A DNA stretch of 64,000 nt from Octopus sinensis (lineage: Eukaryota). Each line of letters opens with the position of its first letter. The stretch's first letter is position 1. The notes under the pieces are model-generated. The model made no database searches. It worked only from the letters and a program-made list of their open reading frames with translations, and was not told the DNA's origin. A program made the position numbers and the translations under genes. Shown in pieces: positions 1 through 11,810 of this stretch. The DNA lies in NCBI RefSeq assembly GCF_006345805.1, contig NC_043006.1, positions 65,410,001 to 65,474,000 of the forward strand. Direction: 5' to 3'.

Positions 1-105
1 GGGGTGGGGGCAATAGGACTTTGCACTCTGCTGTATCATATTGAGGCAGAGAAGCCACCACACTGCAACTAGGACCGAACCTTGTGCTGGTAGCAGTATC
101 TAGGG

Positions 106-286
106 CAGCGGTTCTCAATCCTGGCTCCGATAGCATCCTTTCAGCAGTCCTCAGTAGTCTTCCCTCTGTAAATATAATAAATTTTTCTTTAATTGATTTG
201 TGTTTTACTTTTTCTGGTGTAGCCCCCTATAAAAAGAAACCAGTTTTTGGATCTAGCCCTGATATTAAAAAGGTCGAGAACCAATG
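106..286. mobile_element. hAT (Charlie-like) MITE
   Basis: TIRs CAGCGGTTCTCAA / TCGAGAACCAATG; 8-bp near-TSD ATCTAGGG (98-105) / ATCTGGGG (287-294). Confidence 0.75.
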
Positions 287-529
287 ATCTGGGGTGACAT
301 TAAATAATATATATCCTTTCCAAATTTAAGATAAACATGGAAAATGGACATTAAATGATGATGATGATGAATGATATGGGTGGTAGGTGAGTGTATCTTG
401 GATTGGAATTAGTGATCAATAATCTGATTAAAACTTTTTTGTTGATGTTTTGGTGATGGTATTGGTGATAATGATGTTGTTTAACCTCAGGTTAGCTCTG
501 ATCAAGGTCAAAGACAGCAAATATGGAAC

Positions 530-900
530 CATGTTATACAATGTATCATCATCGTCACCATCATCATCAGTATTTAGTATCCACTTTCTCATGTTTGCAT
601 GGGTCAGACGGAATTCATTGAGGCAGATTTTCTGTGGCTGGATACCCTTCCTGTTGCCAATCTTCTGTTTCCAAGCAAAGTAATATTTCCCCACTGTCAG
701 ATATATTTTTCACAGAAGATTAGAAACAAACAACCTCATTTGTAGGATGATAATGTCTAGACAAGGGCACACACACCACCATCATTGGTTAACATCTATT
801 TTCCATGCTGGCATGGGTTGAACATTTTGACAAGAACCAATGGACAAGGGACCGCACCAAGCTCCCAATGACAACTTAGACATAGTTTCTTCAGATGAAT
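530..900 (-). mobile_element. RTE-related SINE-like repeat fragments (CAT/GAT tail)
   Basis: Degenerate matches to the family at 19238-19560 and 34215-34505 (CATCATC..TTTTCCATGCTGGCATGGGTTG..GATGCCCTTCC). Confidence 0.6.
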
Positions 901-1349
901 GCCCTCCTTAACAGCAGCCATTTCACAGCGTGTACTGGGTGCTTGTTATGTGACACCAACACTAGTTAGGTCACCAAGTGATGCGCAAGACAAGACCCCC
1001 TCAACAGAGATGGGGTATGTAGTATTAAAGGATGTAGCATTATATTAGCTGATGAGAGGCTAAGGTACGATACAAGAACAGAAACAGGTGTCTTGCAGTA
1101 GAGGAGATGCATGGCTATTTCGTGTGGAAAAAAAGAGAAGCAGGTTGCAATGAAGTGTAAGGACAGGCCCAAGGCTTTGGTCTGCTTGGGGCTAAATTGA
1201 GCAGCCTTATAGAAGCCTTCTACAGTAGCGTGCCTATCTCATAATGATTGCAGTGCTTGTTGTGAGTGATGGTCGGGGTGGGGTTTTTGCATATGGCATA
1301 AGGTCAGCCTGGTTGGAAGGACTTCAAATACAGAACTACATTGTCCCTT

Positions 1350-1915
1350 GGTGCAGTCAAGGCTGTATGGATATGGAGTTCACATTATAACCATATAATT
1401 TTGAGCTCAATCTCACTACATGACACCCTGGGCAAGTATCTTCTATGCTAGCCTTAGGCCTACCTTATAACTGGAATTGGTAGATGGAAACTGTATGGAA
1501 GCCTATCATGTATTTGAGTGTGTATCATCATTATTTTGCTGTCTAGTTTTTCATGCTTGCATGGGTTGGTTGGAGTTTATTGAAGCAAACTTTCTATAGC
1601 TGGGTACCCTTACTATTGCTAACCCTTCTTTCCAAGCAAGGTAATGTTTTCTCATGGCGAGATATGATTTCACAGAACATTGGAAATGATTGGCATTCAT
1701 TTACAACTATTATACAATGTCTAAAACAGCTACAAACATACATTCACACACACACACACACACACATGATGAGCGTCTTCCAGTTTCTATCTACCAAATC
1801 CACTCTCACAAGGCTTCAGTTGGTCAAGGGCTATAATAGAAGACACCTGTCTAAGGTACCATGCAGTGGGACTGAACCTAAAACCATGTGGGTGGGAAGC
1901 AAAGCCATGCCTGCA
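1350..1915. mobile_element. two decayed CORE-type SINE heads (family A; + 1350-1525, - 1770-1915) flanking an RTE-related fragment
   Basis: CCCTGGGCAAGTATCTTC and GGTAGATGGAAACTG on +; GGGACTGAACC..CCATGTGG on -. Confidence 0.65.
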
Positions 1916-2489
1916 TCTCTTACAAAGTACTTGAAGACCCTGTTGGTGCTGATTCTATGTAAAAGCACTGGTGATGGTGCTATGTAAAGTGGTTGGCATT
2001 AGGAAGGGCATCCAGCTGTAGAAACCTTACCGAAACATAATGGAACTTGGTGCGGCTTTAACAGATGTTAAATGATGATATGTATACATGTATTTATATG
2101 TATCTGTGCATCTGGATGTTGACTTGTCATGGCTTTACTTGCTACCACCTGACTGAGCTAAACAGTGATGTTATGTTTACATTTCCTGTGGACAAGTCTT
2201 TCATTGCTCTGTGCTTTTGTAGACCATTAGAATAAAAAAAAAATCTTCACTAGAAAAAGCAAGTAAGGTTTTGGTGACAGAAAGGGCCTCCAAATGTAAA
2301 ACATTGCCTCAAAGGTGTCTGTGTTGAACCCATACCAGCATGGAGGAAAAAAAGATGTTAAACAACCAAAGTAGGGTATGATTTAAGGGAGATTTGGTTG
2401 TTGTCTCTAGCAGCTCTAGTGACTATAAGATCCACTTTCCCACTTTAATTTGTCCAATTCTAAGGTCAACTAGGATGGGCTTAATGTAT

Positions 2490-3700
2490 CCCTTTATTGT
2501 CAAGTTCACTAGTTAATTTATTCTGTAGGATCTGACCAGCTCGATGCAATTTGTTAAGATTATGCTTAGAAATTGTAAAGATCAACTCAACCAATTTAAT
2601 GTGTTTTGTAAAGCTCAAGTTGAATAGTCCACTGTCTATAAAAGTTAAGTTGATCAGTTCAGCTTGTTCTGTAAAGATCAACCTGACCAGTTCAGTGTAA
2701 TGTGTAAAGTTACCTTGACCAGTTCAGTGTGTTTTGTAAAGGTCAAGTTAACTAGGCAATTCTTTAATGTCATCTTGACCAGTTCTGTGTGTTTTGCAAA
2801 TATTAACTGATTCGGTATGTTTTGTAAATATTAACGTGACCAGTTCAGTGTGTTCTGGAATGACAAGTTGAACAATTCTTTGTGTTCTGTAAAGATCAAC
2901 TTGATCAGTTGAGTGTGATCTGCTAAAAATCACCTTGACCAGTTGAGTGTGATCTGCTAAAAATCAACTTGACCAGTTGAGTGTGATCTGCTAAAAATCA
3001 ACTTGACCAGTTGAGTGTGATCTACTAAAACTCAACTTGACCAGTTGAGTGTGATCTGCTAAAAATCAACTTGACCAGTTGAGTGTGATCTGCTAAAAAT
3101 CAACTTGACCAGTTGAGTGTGATCTGCTAAAAATCAACTTGACCAGTTGAGTGTGATCTGCTAAAAACCAACTTGACCAGTTGAGTGTGATCTGCTAAAA
3201 ACCAACTTGACCAGTTGAGTGTGATCTGCTAAAAACCAACTTGACCAGTTGAGTGTGATCTGCTAAAAACCAACTTGACCAGTTGAGTGTGATCTGCTAA
3301 AAATCAACTTGACCAGTTGAGTGTTATCTGCAAAAAATCAGCTTGACCAATTCACTGTGATCTGCTATCACCAACTTGACCAGTTCAGTATGTTCTGTAA
3401 AAATCAACTTGACCAATTCAGTGTGATCTGTTAAGAGCAACTCGATCAGGTATGCAAGATCAGGAAGTTCTTTTGTTGTAAGGTTAGCTTAGTTATTTAT
3501 AACAGAATCTTGTGATCTATTTTAAAGCTAAGCAAGCAATTTAGGTGTGTCCTAAATCTAGTGTTAACAGTTTCATGCATCTTGTTCCAACAATAAAGTT
3601 ACTATGTCCTTTTGTAAAATCATGTTGACTAGTTGAAGAAGTTCTATATGGCCAGTTCAGAGCTTGTGAGGTATTCTTGAACAGTTTATTGTCAGATGTT
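2490..3700. repeat. minisatellite: 13 near-identical 34-bp units (2898-3339) flanked by degenerate 33-bp units
   Basis: Unit AACTTGACCAGTTGAGTGTGATCTGCTAAAAATC recurs every 34 bp from 2898 to 3306; flanks fit the 33-bp AACTTGACCAGTTCAGTGTGTTCTGTAAAGATC. Confidence 0.95.
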
Positions 3701-3826
3701 CAATATTTATCCAGCTCTGTGTGAGCTGCCTGTTTGTTATTTTTGTTTAAATTGACAAATCTCACTTGTTGCTAAATGATGTTATCACACACAGTTCTAT
3801 GTTCAATCTTTCCTGCTGATTTACAT

Positions 3827-3867
<41 letters not shown>

Positions 3868-3870
<3 letters not shown>

Positions 3871-4205
3871 ATCATCATTTACTGTCCATTTTCCATGCTG
3901 ACATGGGCTGACATGGATGGCTTGACCGGGTCTGGCAAACTGTAAGGCTGCACCAGACTCCAGTCTGATTTGGCATGGTTTCTACAACTGAATGCCCTTC
4001 CTAACACCAACCACTCCAAAAGTGTAATGAGTGCTTTTGCATGCCACCGACGCGAGTGCCATTTGCATGACACCAGGGTGCATTTATGTGCCAATTTGTG
4101 CGACATTGGTATCTGCCATGACTGTGATTTTGTCCAGCTTGATGGGTCTTCTGAAGCACAACAAAATGTCAAAGGTCTCAGTCATTGCCTCCATGAGGCC
4201 CAACA
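3868..4205 (-). mobile_element. RTE-related SINE-like repeat
   Basis: CATCATCATTT..TTTTCCATGCTG..CTCCAGTCTGATTTGGCA..GCCCTTCCTAACACCAACCACTCC, same family as 19238-19560. Confidence 0.75.
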
Positions 4206-4261
4206 CTAAAAAGGTACATTATTTACATTCGATGGATATTTGTCCACATCTTGTTTGTTGC

Positions 4262-4305
4262 TAACATGTTTCGGCTGATACACCCTCCAGCCTTCTTCAG
4301 GTGTC
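4262..4305 (-). ncRNA. minimal type I hammerhead ribozyme-like motif (probably degenerate)
   Basis: Minus strand GACAC CTGAAGA A GGCTG (10 nt) CAGCC GAAA CATGTT: core and stem II intact, stem I partner damaged. Confidence 0.55.
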
Positions 4306-4591
4306 TTGGGGAAATTTTGAACCTGGGTTCTCATTCCTAAGGTATTTTTCGATGTTATTATTGTTATTGTTCAGGTCACTGCTTGGAATCGAACTCAGAA
4401 TCTTGGGGTTAGTAGCCTGTGCTCTTAACCACTACGCCATATGTTCGTGGGCATAGTATTTAAGAGCGTGGGCTACTAACCCCAAGATTCTGAGTTTGAT
4501 TCCAAGCAATGACCTGAACAATAACCATGATAATAATAATAACATTGAAAAATACCTTAGGAATGAGAACCCAGGTTCGAAATTTCCCCAA

Positions 4592-4637
4592 GACACCTTA
4601 TGAAGACTGGGGGGTGTATCAGCCGAAACATTGTGTT
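4592..4637 (+). ncRNA. minimal type I hammerhead ribozyme-like motif (core mutated)
   Basis: GACAC CTTATGA A GACTG (loop) CAGCC GAAA CATT GTGTT: stem I GACAC/GTGTT present, core G5 changed to T. Confidence 0.5.
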
Positions 4638-5792
4638 AACAACAAACAAGATGAGGACAAATATCCATCGAATGTAAATAATGTACATAATTCCTCATCT
4701 CTTAAATATAGAAAGTACTCAAAAGGTGCTTCAAAGGTCTCGGTCATTGTCTCTATGAGGCCCAGTGCTTGAAAGGAGTTCAGCCCAATGCTCAAAAGGT
4801 GGTCGGATAATATTCATAGTCGCAGTTGGGAATCTAGCCAAAAGGTTTAATGATGGTTGCTATGGAGGAGGTGCCTGAGGACCTCCCAGGAGTTGTCGGC
4901 AGAGAAGTTGGATGGATGGAGTAAATGCACTTCTATTAGTTTCAACAATGATTAATCAATCAACTGAACAACCAGGTTCACTGTATTATCATGCAAGTGG
5001 CTGAGTATTCCACAAGCACATGTACAATTAATGTATTCTTCTGGCAGAATTAGCATAAAACAGTGTGACGAAATCTAACCATTGAATCACCGGCCAAGTT
5101 TTCCCAGTCTGTGCTGATCCAACTTCACCCTCAAGATTTGAGTTGGCTGGAGGCTGATGTGAAAGACATCCAAGGAGATCTGCAGTGAAATTAGATGTGA
5201 TGATTGGAAATTGAACTTCTTAATCATGCTGTATCACCTTCAGTACTTGGCTGGGCACTCTGTTGGTTCCAGTGGCGAGTGTTTCAGTTGATTTGATTAA
5301 TGGAACAGCCTGGCTCCTGAAATTAACATGCAAGTGGCTGAGCATTCCACAGACATGTTTACCGTTAATGTAGTTTTCAAGGAGATTTAGTGTGACACAC
5401 CAAATGTGACAAGGCTGGTCCTTTCTGAATTACAGGTGCAACTTGTTTTTGCTGGTTGAGTGGACTGGAGCAACATGAAAGGATCTTGCTTGTGGACACA
5501 ATGTCCTGCCAGGAAATTGAACTCATGATGTCATGATCATGAGCCAAATGCAGTAACCACTAAGCTATGCACCTTCACCAAGTATCTTCAGTACTTGGTT
5601 ATTTTGTTAAATGTTAACATTGCTGATCCTCTTGGATAAAATTTTATCTTTTATTTCCTCTTTTTATGGCTTAGTCAAAAGAGGAGGAGGGAGGAGGTCA
5701 TTCCTGTGACCTTTGAGCTTGACCTCTGACACTGGTGAGAGAAGCAAAGGGAAGAGAACTGATATGAATGTTTGCCACAGAGGTGACTCTAA

Positions 5793-6254
5793 CCTTTTCG
5801 TGACTGTATTTCTGTTGAGATGTTGTGTTTCTTTCACTTAATCTTAAATATAACAAAGGACTTAGTAAAATAACTTAGTTACCATTCAGCTAGTATTAGG
5901 AACATAAATTGTGACTAAGGTTTGGTGGAAAATTTTAATTCAAAACTTATGAAAACAAGACATTTGTACTATAGAGCCAGAGCTGGTTTCAGTCAGGTTG
6001 GTATCGAAAGGGTTAAATTAATAATTTGTTAACCCTTTTGTTACCATATTTCTGTTGAGATGTTCTGTGTTTCTTTCACTTGGTTTTAAATATAACAAAG
6101 AATTTAGTAAAATAACTTAGTTATCATTAAGCTAGTGTTAAGAACATAAATTGTGACTAAGGTTTGGTGGAAGATTTTAATTCAGAACCTTTGAAAACAA
6201 GACATTTGTACTACAGAGCCAGAGGTGGTTTCAGCTGGGTTAGTATCGAAAAGG
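5793..6254. mobile_element. two tandem piggyBac-like MITEs (5793-6012, 6033-6254)
   Basis: Two ~220-bp alignable copies; ends TTAA-CCCTTT..GTATCGAAAGGG-TTAA, TTAA intact at 6013-6016 and 6029-6032. Confidence 0.75.
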
Positions 6255-6454
6255 TGAAATACATCCAAATGCCCAAACTAACCATATAGACAATACTCAT
6301 ATTATTTTGAATTTTCTTCAAAATTTAGTGAGGAGGAAGTGGGATGGAGGCAGTGTTTTTAACTCTTGCGGACCATTAGATAATGGTAAGAGTGGGTGAG
6401 AGGGAAATTCTAAGGAGTAACATTCTGGTGCAGGAGGATTGGATATACCTACTG

Positions 6455-6850
6455 TCTTTTACTTGTCTCAGTCATTAGACTGTGGTCATGCTTCAGGAAC
6501 TGTCTTAAAGAATTTTAGTCAAACAAATTGATCTCAGGACTTAATTTTCTAAGCTTCGTACTTATTCTGTTAGTCTCTCTTGCTGAACTGCTAACTTATG
6601 GGGACGTAAATACACCAACAGCAGTTGTCAAGCGATGGTGGGGGAGAAACACAAGCACAATGACACACACACACACATATATATACACGATGGGCTCCTT
6701 CCAGTTTCTCTCTACCAACTTCACTTACAAGGCATTGGTTTGCACTGGACTAGAGTAGAAGAGTTTTGCGCATATTGATACGTGCAGGACTGAACTTGGA
6801 GCCATGTGGTTGGGAAGCAAACTTCTTATGACACAGCCATATGTGTGCCT
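6455..6850 (-). mobile_element. family A CORE-type composite SINE
   Basis: Reverse copy: TTACTTGTCTCAGTCATTAGACTGTGG tail, internal (CA)n/(TA)n, GGACTGAAC..ACACAGCCA head. Confidence 0.8.
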
Positions 6851-8008
6851 ACATTGGTTAGTGTGGGGTGTAGATGGGGTAAGAGGCAGTATGTGTGACG
6901 AGAGAAGTGAAGATTGATGTATAGGTTCTGTATAACTAGATAGATCTGAGGATCAGAGACCATTACAATATCAGTGGGAGGGTCCTTGTGGTCAAAGGGG
7001 TTTGGGTCACGGCGGTCCTTTTTCTCTATGGCATTGTGCATTTAGGGCTACATTCGCCAATGTGTTCTTTTTTAATACGCAAGCCTGTAATTTGAGGGAG
7101 ATTTGGCTGTTATTTGTAGCAGGTCGGACGACCACTTTGAGGCACTCGTGTGAGGGTGGGGGTGGATTCACCGAATCGTAGCAGCGTTGGACAAAAGGCC
7201 TTATGGCATTCAGCTGGCTGTCTTTACATTCTGAGTTCAAAACACGCTGAAGTCGACTTTGTGAGTCATCCTTCTGGGGCTCTAGGAAAAGCATATCAGT
7301 CAAGTACTGGGGCCAATATAATCGATTATACGTAACTCTCCGTCAAATTCGAGGCCTTGTGACTGTGAAATTATTACTATTGACCCTTGTGGCATGAAGA
7401 GCTAAGTCAGCTGGTCTACATTGCTTGCGTTTTTCTATCTTTTGTCTGTGTATTTTAGTGTTTAGGCCGAAGTTAGCCCTCATTGTACTTTTAAGTGTTA
7501 CCACCCGGTCCTTTCAAACGTGTGTGGAGGACTACATTAACTAACAACTTGTCCTTTAAAAACGGTAGATTATGATTTGAAGAAGATAGGGAGATTTCGT
7601 TGGTTTTGTTAGTAGATCGGACGACCACGAAGGGGCTTTTTATTTATGTATTTATTTATTTATTAACCTTAGAACTTGCAGGTTCTTCCAGATCAGTGAG
7701 ATGTAGTTTGACTTGACGCCTGTCTGAGTTCACATAGAAGAGATTTCCAGGGGGTCAGGGTGCTGAAAAAGAAGGATGAAGAAAAATATTTAGTGCAAGG
7801 GAGAGGACATTTCGAGATTGGCGATGAGGAAACGATAGACAGGCTGGGAGAAAGAGAGAGAGAGAAGAGCATAAGGTATTGTAGATGATAGAGAAAAATT
7901 TTACTTCCTGTAGTTCGTTAATCTTATGAGTTAAGCTAATTTCCGTCTTTAGAATTAACTGATTTTCTGCTCAATTCATAAACAATTTCCATCATCTGAT
8001 GAACATCG

Positions 8009-8165
8009 GCGCGCGCGCGCGAGCTTTTGTGTTTGTGTGTCAGTCAAGTGTGTGGTTTCGATTCAGTCAAGCCAGAGATTTGAAAGGGCGGCAGCTCGTA
8101 TTTCCACCACAGTAAATAAACTTCCTACATTCTTGTCCTGTTTCTCTTCTCGTAATGTCGTAAGT
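8009..8165 (+). promoter_or_regulatory. candidate core promoter / short first exon
   Basis: (GC)6 at 8009-8020, two TCAGTC Inr-like motifs (8040, 8063), ATG at 8155 and donor GTAAGT at 8160-8165. Motif evidence only. Confidence 0.25.
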
Positions 8166-9790
8166 GGATGAATAAGTAATCACAGTGTCAGTTTTATGTC
8201 GAGTGCTCTCACAGGAAGGAGCTAGATAGGTGGTGTGGTCGATAAAAGGGAATGAGCAAAGAGGATAGAGTCCGTGTGTGTGTGTATGTGTGTGCGGAGA
8301 GAGAGAAAGAGAGAACGAGAGGAGCTGTGTACGTGTTTGGCAGTGTGTGTGTGTGTGAGAGAGAGAGAGAAAGAGACAAGCACACAGACAGAGACTGTCT
8401 CGTTGTGTGATATCCTCGTCAGTTCGATCATTATTTTGTGTGTGTGCGTGCGTGCGTATGTTTATGTGTGTATCTCCACTACCACCGCCACCATATTTAT
8501 TGCTCATTCTAATTTCTTATTTCTGCTGTTATTAACGACACCATACAGAAGGGTGACAGTCTACATGTCCTTGCGGCATTTTGTTACGTGCCTCTATATT
8601 CTTAGTTCGAATCCGGCCGAGGTCGATGAATTATTAATAGCAGGTACCATCAAAATATCCGGTCTTATTAAAAGGTGTATTACAGAATTGGCAGAACATC
8701 TGATGAGATGCCTTGCGGTATTTAATTATCAACTCGTCTGCGTTCAAATTTAAATTCCTGTCCACTTTGCTTTTGATCCTTCTTGGGTAGGAGTTCGATA
8801 AAATGAAGTACCCTGTCAAATGCTGAATCGATGTTACCTCCCAAAGTTTGTGAGGTGCAGGAACAGTAGCGAGTCGGTCTAGCAACTTTTACAAGAGTAT
8901 TTACTATCGTTCATTTATATTCTATCCCAGAGTTGTTGTTTAACCCCAGGTCACTCTCATCTGAACAAATCAGGAGTATGCCATCATGATCACATCGTCT
9001 CATTTATTCTAAAATAGTGTATTCTAGATGTGATCATTCCAGTTTATTTTCATGCATACAATATATTATCAAAGTTGTCTTTTTTTCTTTTTTTTTGGCT
9101 TAGAAAACGGTCGACTGTAATCTGAGAGTGATTTCACTGCTATTTCTAGCAAGTCAAGCGATCTCGTAGGAGCGCCTTTGCTAGCTTATGGGAGCCAACA
9201 TGTTATGTACCAGTGATATTCTTAGGTGACAGTTATATTTATTATGACACTTTCCTCGTCTAAAGAAAGTAATTAAATTGGCTTCAGTTTTTCGCTGAAG
9301 GAAACTTGTCTTTTGTCACCAATTCCGCTCACCAATCCTGTAATACCCCGAGACAGCTATCAATGCCACATAGCTGCCAATCTTCTCCTCTGCTTATGTA
9401 TCGAAACACACGGTTGTTTATATTATCAGTTACGTTGAGAGAAGTACATGGTCCTTTCTCACTCAGCTGCTGCTCATTCACAGTTTGTACATATTTCAAG
9501 CGTCATTCCTCTGTGATGCGCACCACCGCCACTACCACCATCATCCATCACCGTCGTTATCACCACCACCACCGCCGCCGCCGTCGTCGCAATCGCCATC
9601 GCTACCTCCACCGTCGCTATGACCACCATCACCGTTGTCGCCACCACCACCAACCATCATCATTATCGTCATCAGTCAGCAATGTTGCCTCTACCAAATT
9701 TCTCCTCTAACCATAACCCTGCCGTCTTAAAACAAAAATAAAATATATAAATATAAAGGGACACATTGGATACTGTACATTCCTGAATGA

Positions 9791-9840
<50 letters not shown>

Positions 9841-10079
9841 TATATAAAAAAACGAGAAGTCGATAACTTGATTGTCTTTTCATCATGGGTCTCTACTCGA
9901 TGCTTCGCCGACTTAGAGTTAAAAAACATTTTTACAGTTGTCTTCCTCATTATCATCACTTGCAAGAAAGAATTCATTTTAAACTCGTTAAGCTACTTTA
10001 ATATTTGGATCAAATGTGCGAGCGCGCGCGCTCACTCAAGCACCACCGCCGCCGCCAGAAGTCATAAAGATTCATAAGA

Positions 10080-11190
10080 GGCAGGAATGGATGAGAGATA
10101 AGCGAAATTATTGAAATGAAAAGGGAATTGAGTGAAAGTAAGACAAGATATGACGAAAGTAAGAAGAAAGTGAAAGAACGAGAGAATGATATGGCGATAG
10201 GAAGCGAAACAGAAGAAAAGTGGTTTAAAATTTTGAGACAAGGCCAGCAATTTAAAGGGGAGAGTGTTAGTTGATTATTTCGACTCTCAGTGATCAACTG
10301 GTATATATTTTGTTGACCCTGAAAGGATGAAAGGCTAAGTCGACCTCGGCAGGATTTGAACTTGGAACGTAAAGAGCTGGAAGAAATGCCGCTAAGCATT
10401 TTGTCCGATGCGCTAACGATTCTGCCAGCTCGCTGCTTTAGACAGAAGAAAAATATGGCGAATAATAAATAAAAAAAGAAAATGAGATGGAAGAAAATAG
10501 AAAAAGAAGTTTTGCATGAAGTAAAAAAAGATAAATAAAAATAGATAAAAAGAAAGCTTTAGAGAGAAAGAAAGGAGAATTGGGGAGGCCTTTTGATTGT
10601 GAAGTGAAAAAGAAACGGAACGAAAGGAAAGAAGATGTGAAAGAATGAAGAGGAAAAAGGAGGAATGTAACAATAGGAATGAAGATGACAAAAATACGGT
10701 AAAGAGAAGGAATGAGAGAGCAAATTAGTGTGTAAAGGAGAAAGCTACGAGTGTTTGGTGTAGAGTAGGAGGGGGGAAATGGAATGAGTGAAGAAAAGGA
10801 AAATTGAGAGAAGGAGTGAGAAAAATAAAAATAAACTGAAAGGATTGTTGGTGCAAAATGAAGAACAGACGGAACGAAGATGATAAAGAGAGGAAAGAAT
10901 TAGAATAAGAAAGAATGAAAAGCAAGGTTTGAGAAGAGAGAAAATGTTTGAAGAAAAAAAAAGAAGAAAAATTGGTACCAAGTAAGGAATGAAAATCAGA
11001 ATAGAAGAGAAAGGAATGAGAGAAAAATAAAGTTAAGAAGAAAAGGAAAAAAGGTTGGGGTAAGGTAGGAAAACAACTTAAAGTGAAACGGAACGACAGA
11101 AGGAAGTAAAAATAAGCGAACAGTTAGAGGTGTAGTGAAAAAGAGAGTGAATGGCGAACAATATTTTAAATGATTTGTGACGATTGCTTT
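10080..11190 (+). repeat. 1.1-kb purine-rich (GA) low-complexity tract
   Basis: Strongly A/G-biased plus strand (AGAAAAG, GAAGG runs), interrupted by a SINE at 10285-10436. Confidence 0.85.
10285..10436 (-). mobile_element. family B tRNA-derived SINE
   Basis: Reverse of GCGAGCTGGCAGAATCGTTAGC..GTCGAC..TTTCATCCTTTC. Confidence 0.8.
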
Positions 11191-11649
11191 AAGCACTATG
11201 TCAGGTCTGATTGAGTAGACTTAAGGTTACAGGTGTTCCAAGCACCAGGTGAGCTTTGGATTGAATAAGACCTATGATCTAAGGTGTTCCGGTCGTGATA
11301 AACATTACCGGTAGTATTTCATTATGTGGTGATTCGGTTGCTATTTCTAGTAAAGTCAGCGATCACCGTAAAGGCACTCCTGCTTAGTTGTTGAGATGAT
11401 TGCAGTAAGTGATGTGAGAGTCAATTGGAGAAAGCTGTTTAATAATACAACAGCGACATCACCGACAACAATAACCGAAAACTAGCGGAATAGAGGAGGA
11501 GGTAACATAAACATGCTCCTCCACCATCGTCACTTAATTAAAGCAGAAAGTGCAATAAACACCTTCAGTCAGGCATGCGTCTAGAGTAACATTGGGTTAT
11601 CTCCCTTGTATCATCATAGCAGCTTTTGCTCTCTTTTAAAAACTCTTTG

Positions 11650-11810
11650 GTCTTTTATAAAAACCAGCCAGCACGAGCCCTCTACCGCCCACCACGGGGC
11701 CCGCCACTCGTGACCGCTCACTGAACCGCCTCCCGCAGCTGCTACCTTGACCGCCACGATAACGATAGGCAACCGGGCGATTAGCGAGCGGCTGGCGGGG
11801 CGGTGCAGTG
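11650..11810. promoter_or_regulatory. candidate TATA + GC-box promoter (CpG-rich island)
   Basis: TTTTATAAAA at 11653-11662 next to a GC/CpG-rich stretch with CCGCCC/GGCGGG boxes; not seen repeated in the window. Orientation ambiguous. Confidence 0.4.

Larger units (their letters stand above)
4214..4713. mobile_element. palindromic (head-to-head) dimer of a tRNA-headed element with hammerhead-like motifs
   Basis: About 230-bp inverted arms (4214-4445 / 4449-4686). Left arm has A box TGGCGTAGTGG and B box GAGTTCGATTCC (right arm degenerate); both carry GACAC-CTGAAGA/CTTATGA-stem-GAAAC. Confidence 0.85.

Noticed and set aside
2898-3339. CRISPR-like array of 34-bp repeats
   Set aside because: Units are contiguous with no spacers, there are no cas genes, and the context is eukaryotic.
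7640-7790. Strong minus-strand acceptor at 7763 as the next exon of the 14.9-kb gene
   Set aside because: All three frames stop within 23 codons and the AATAAA sites are part of a (TAAA)n repeat; no support.
9306-9710. His/Arg-rich 134-aa ORF
   Set aside because: Trinucleotide low complexity, a TTG start and no convincing splice sites.
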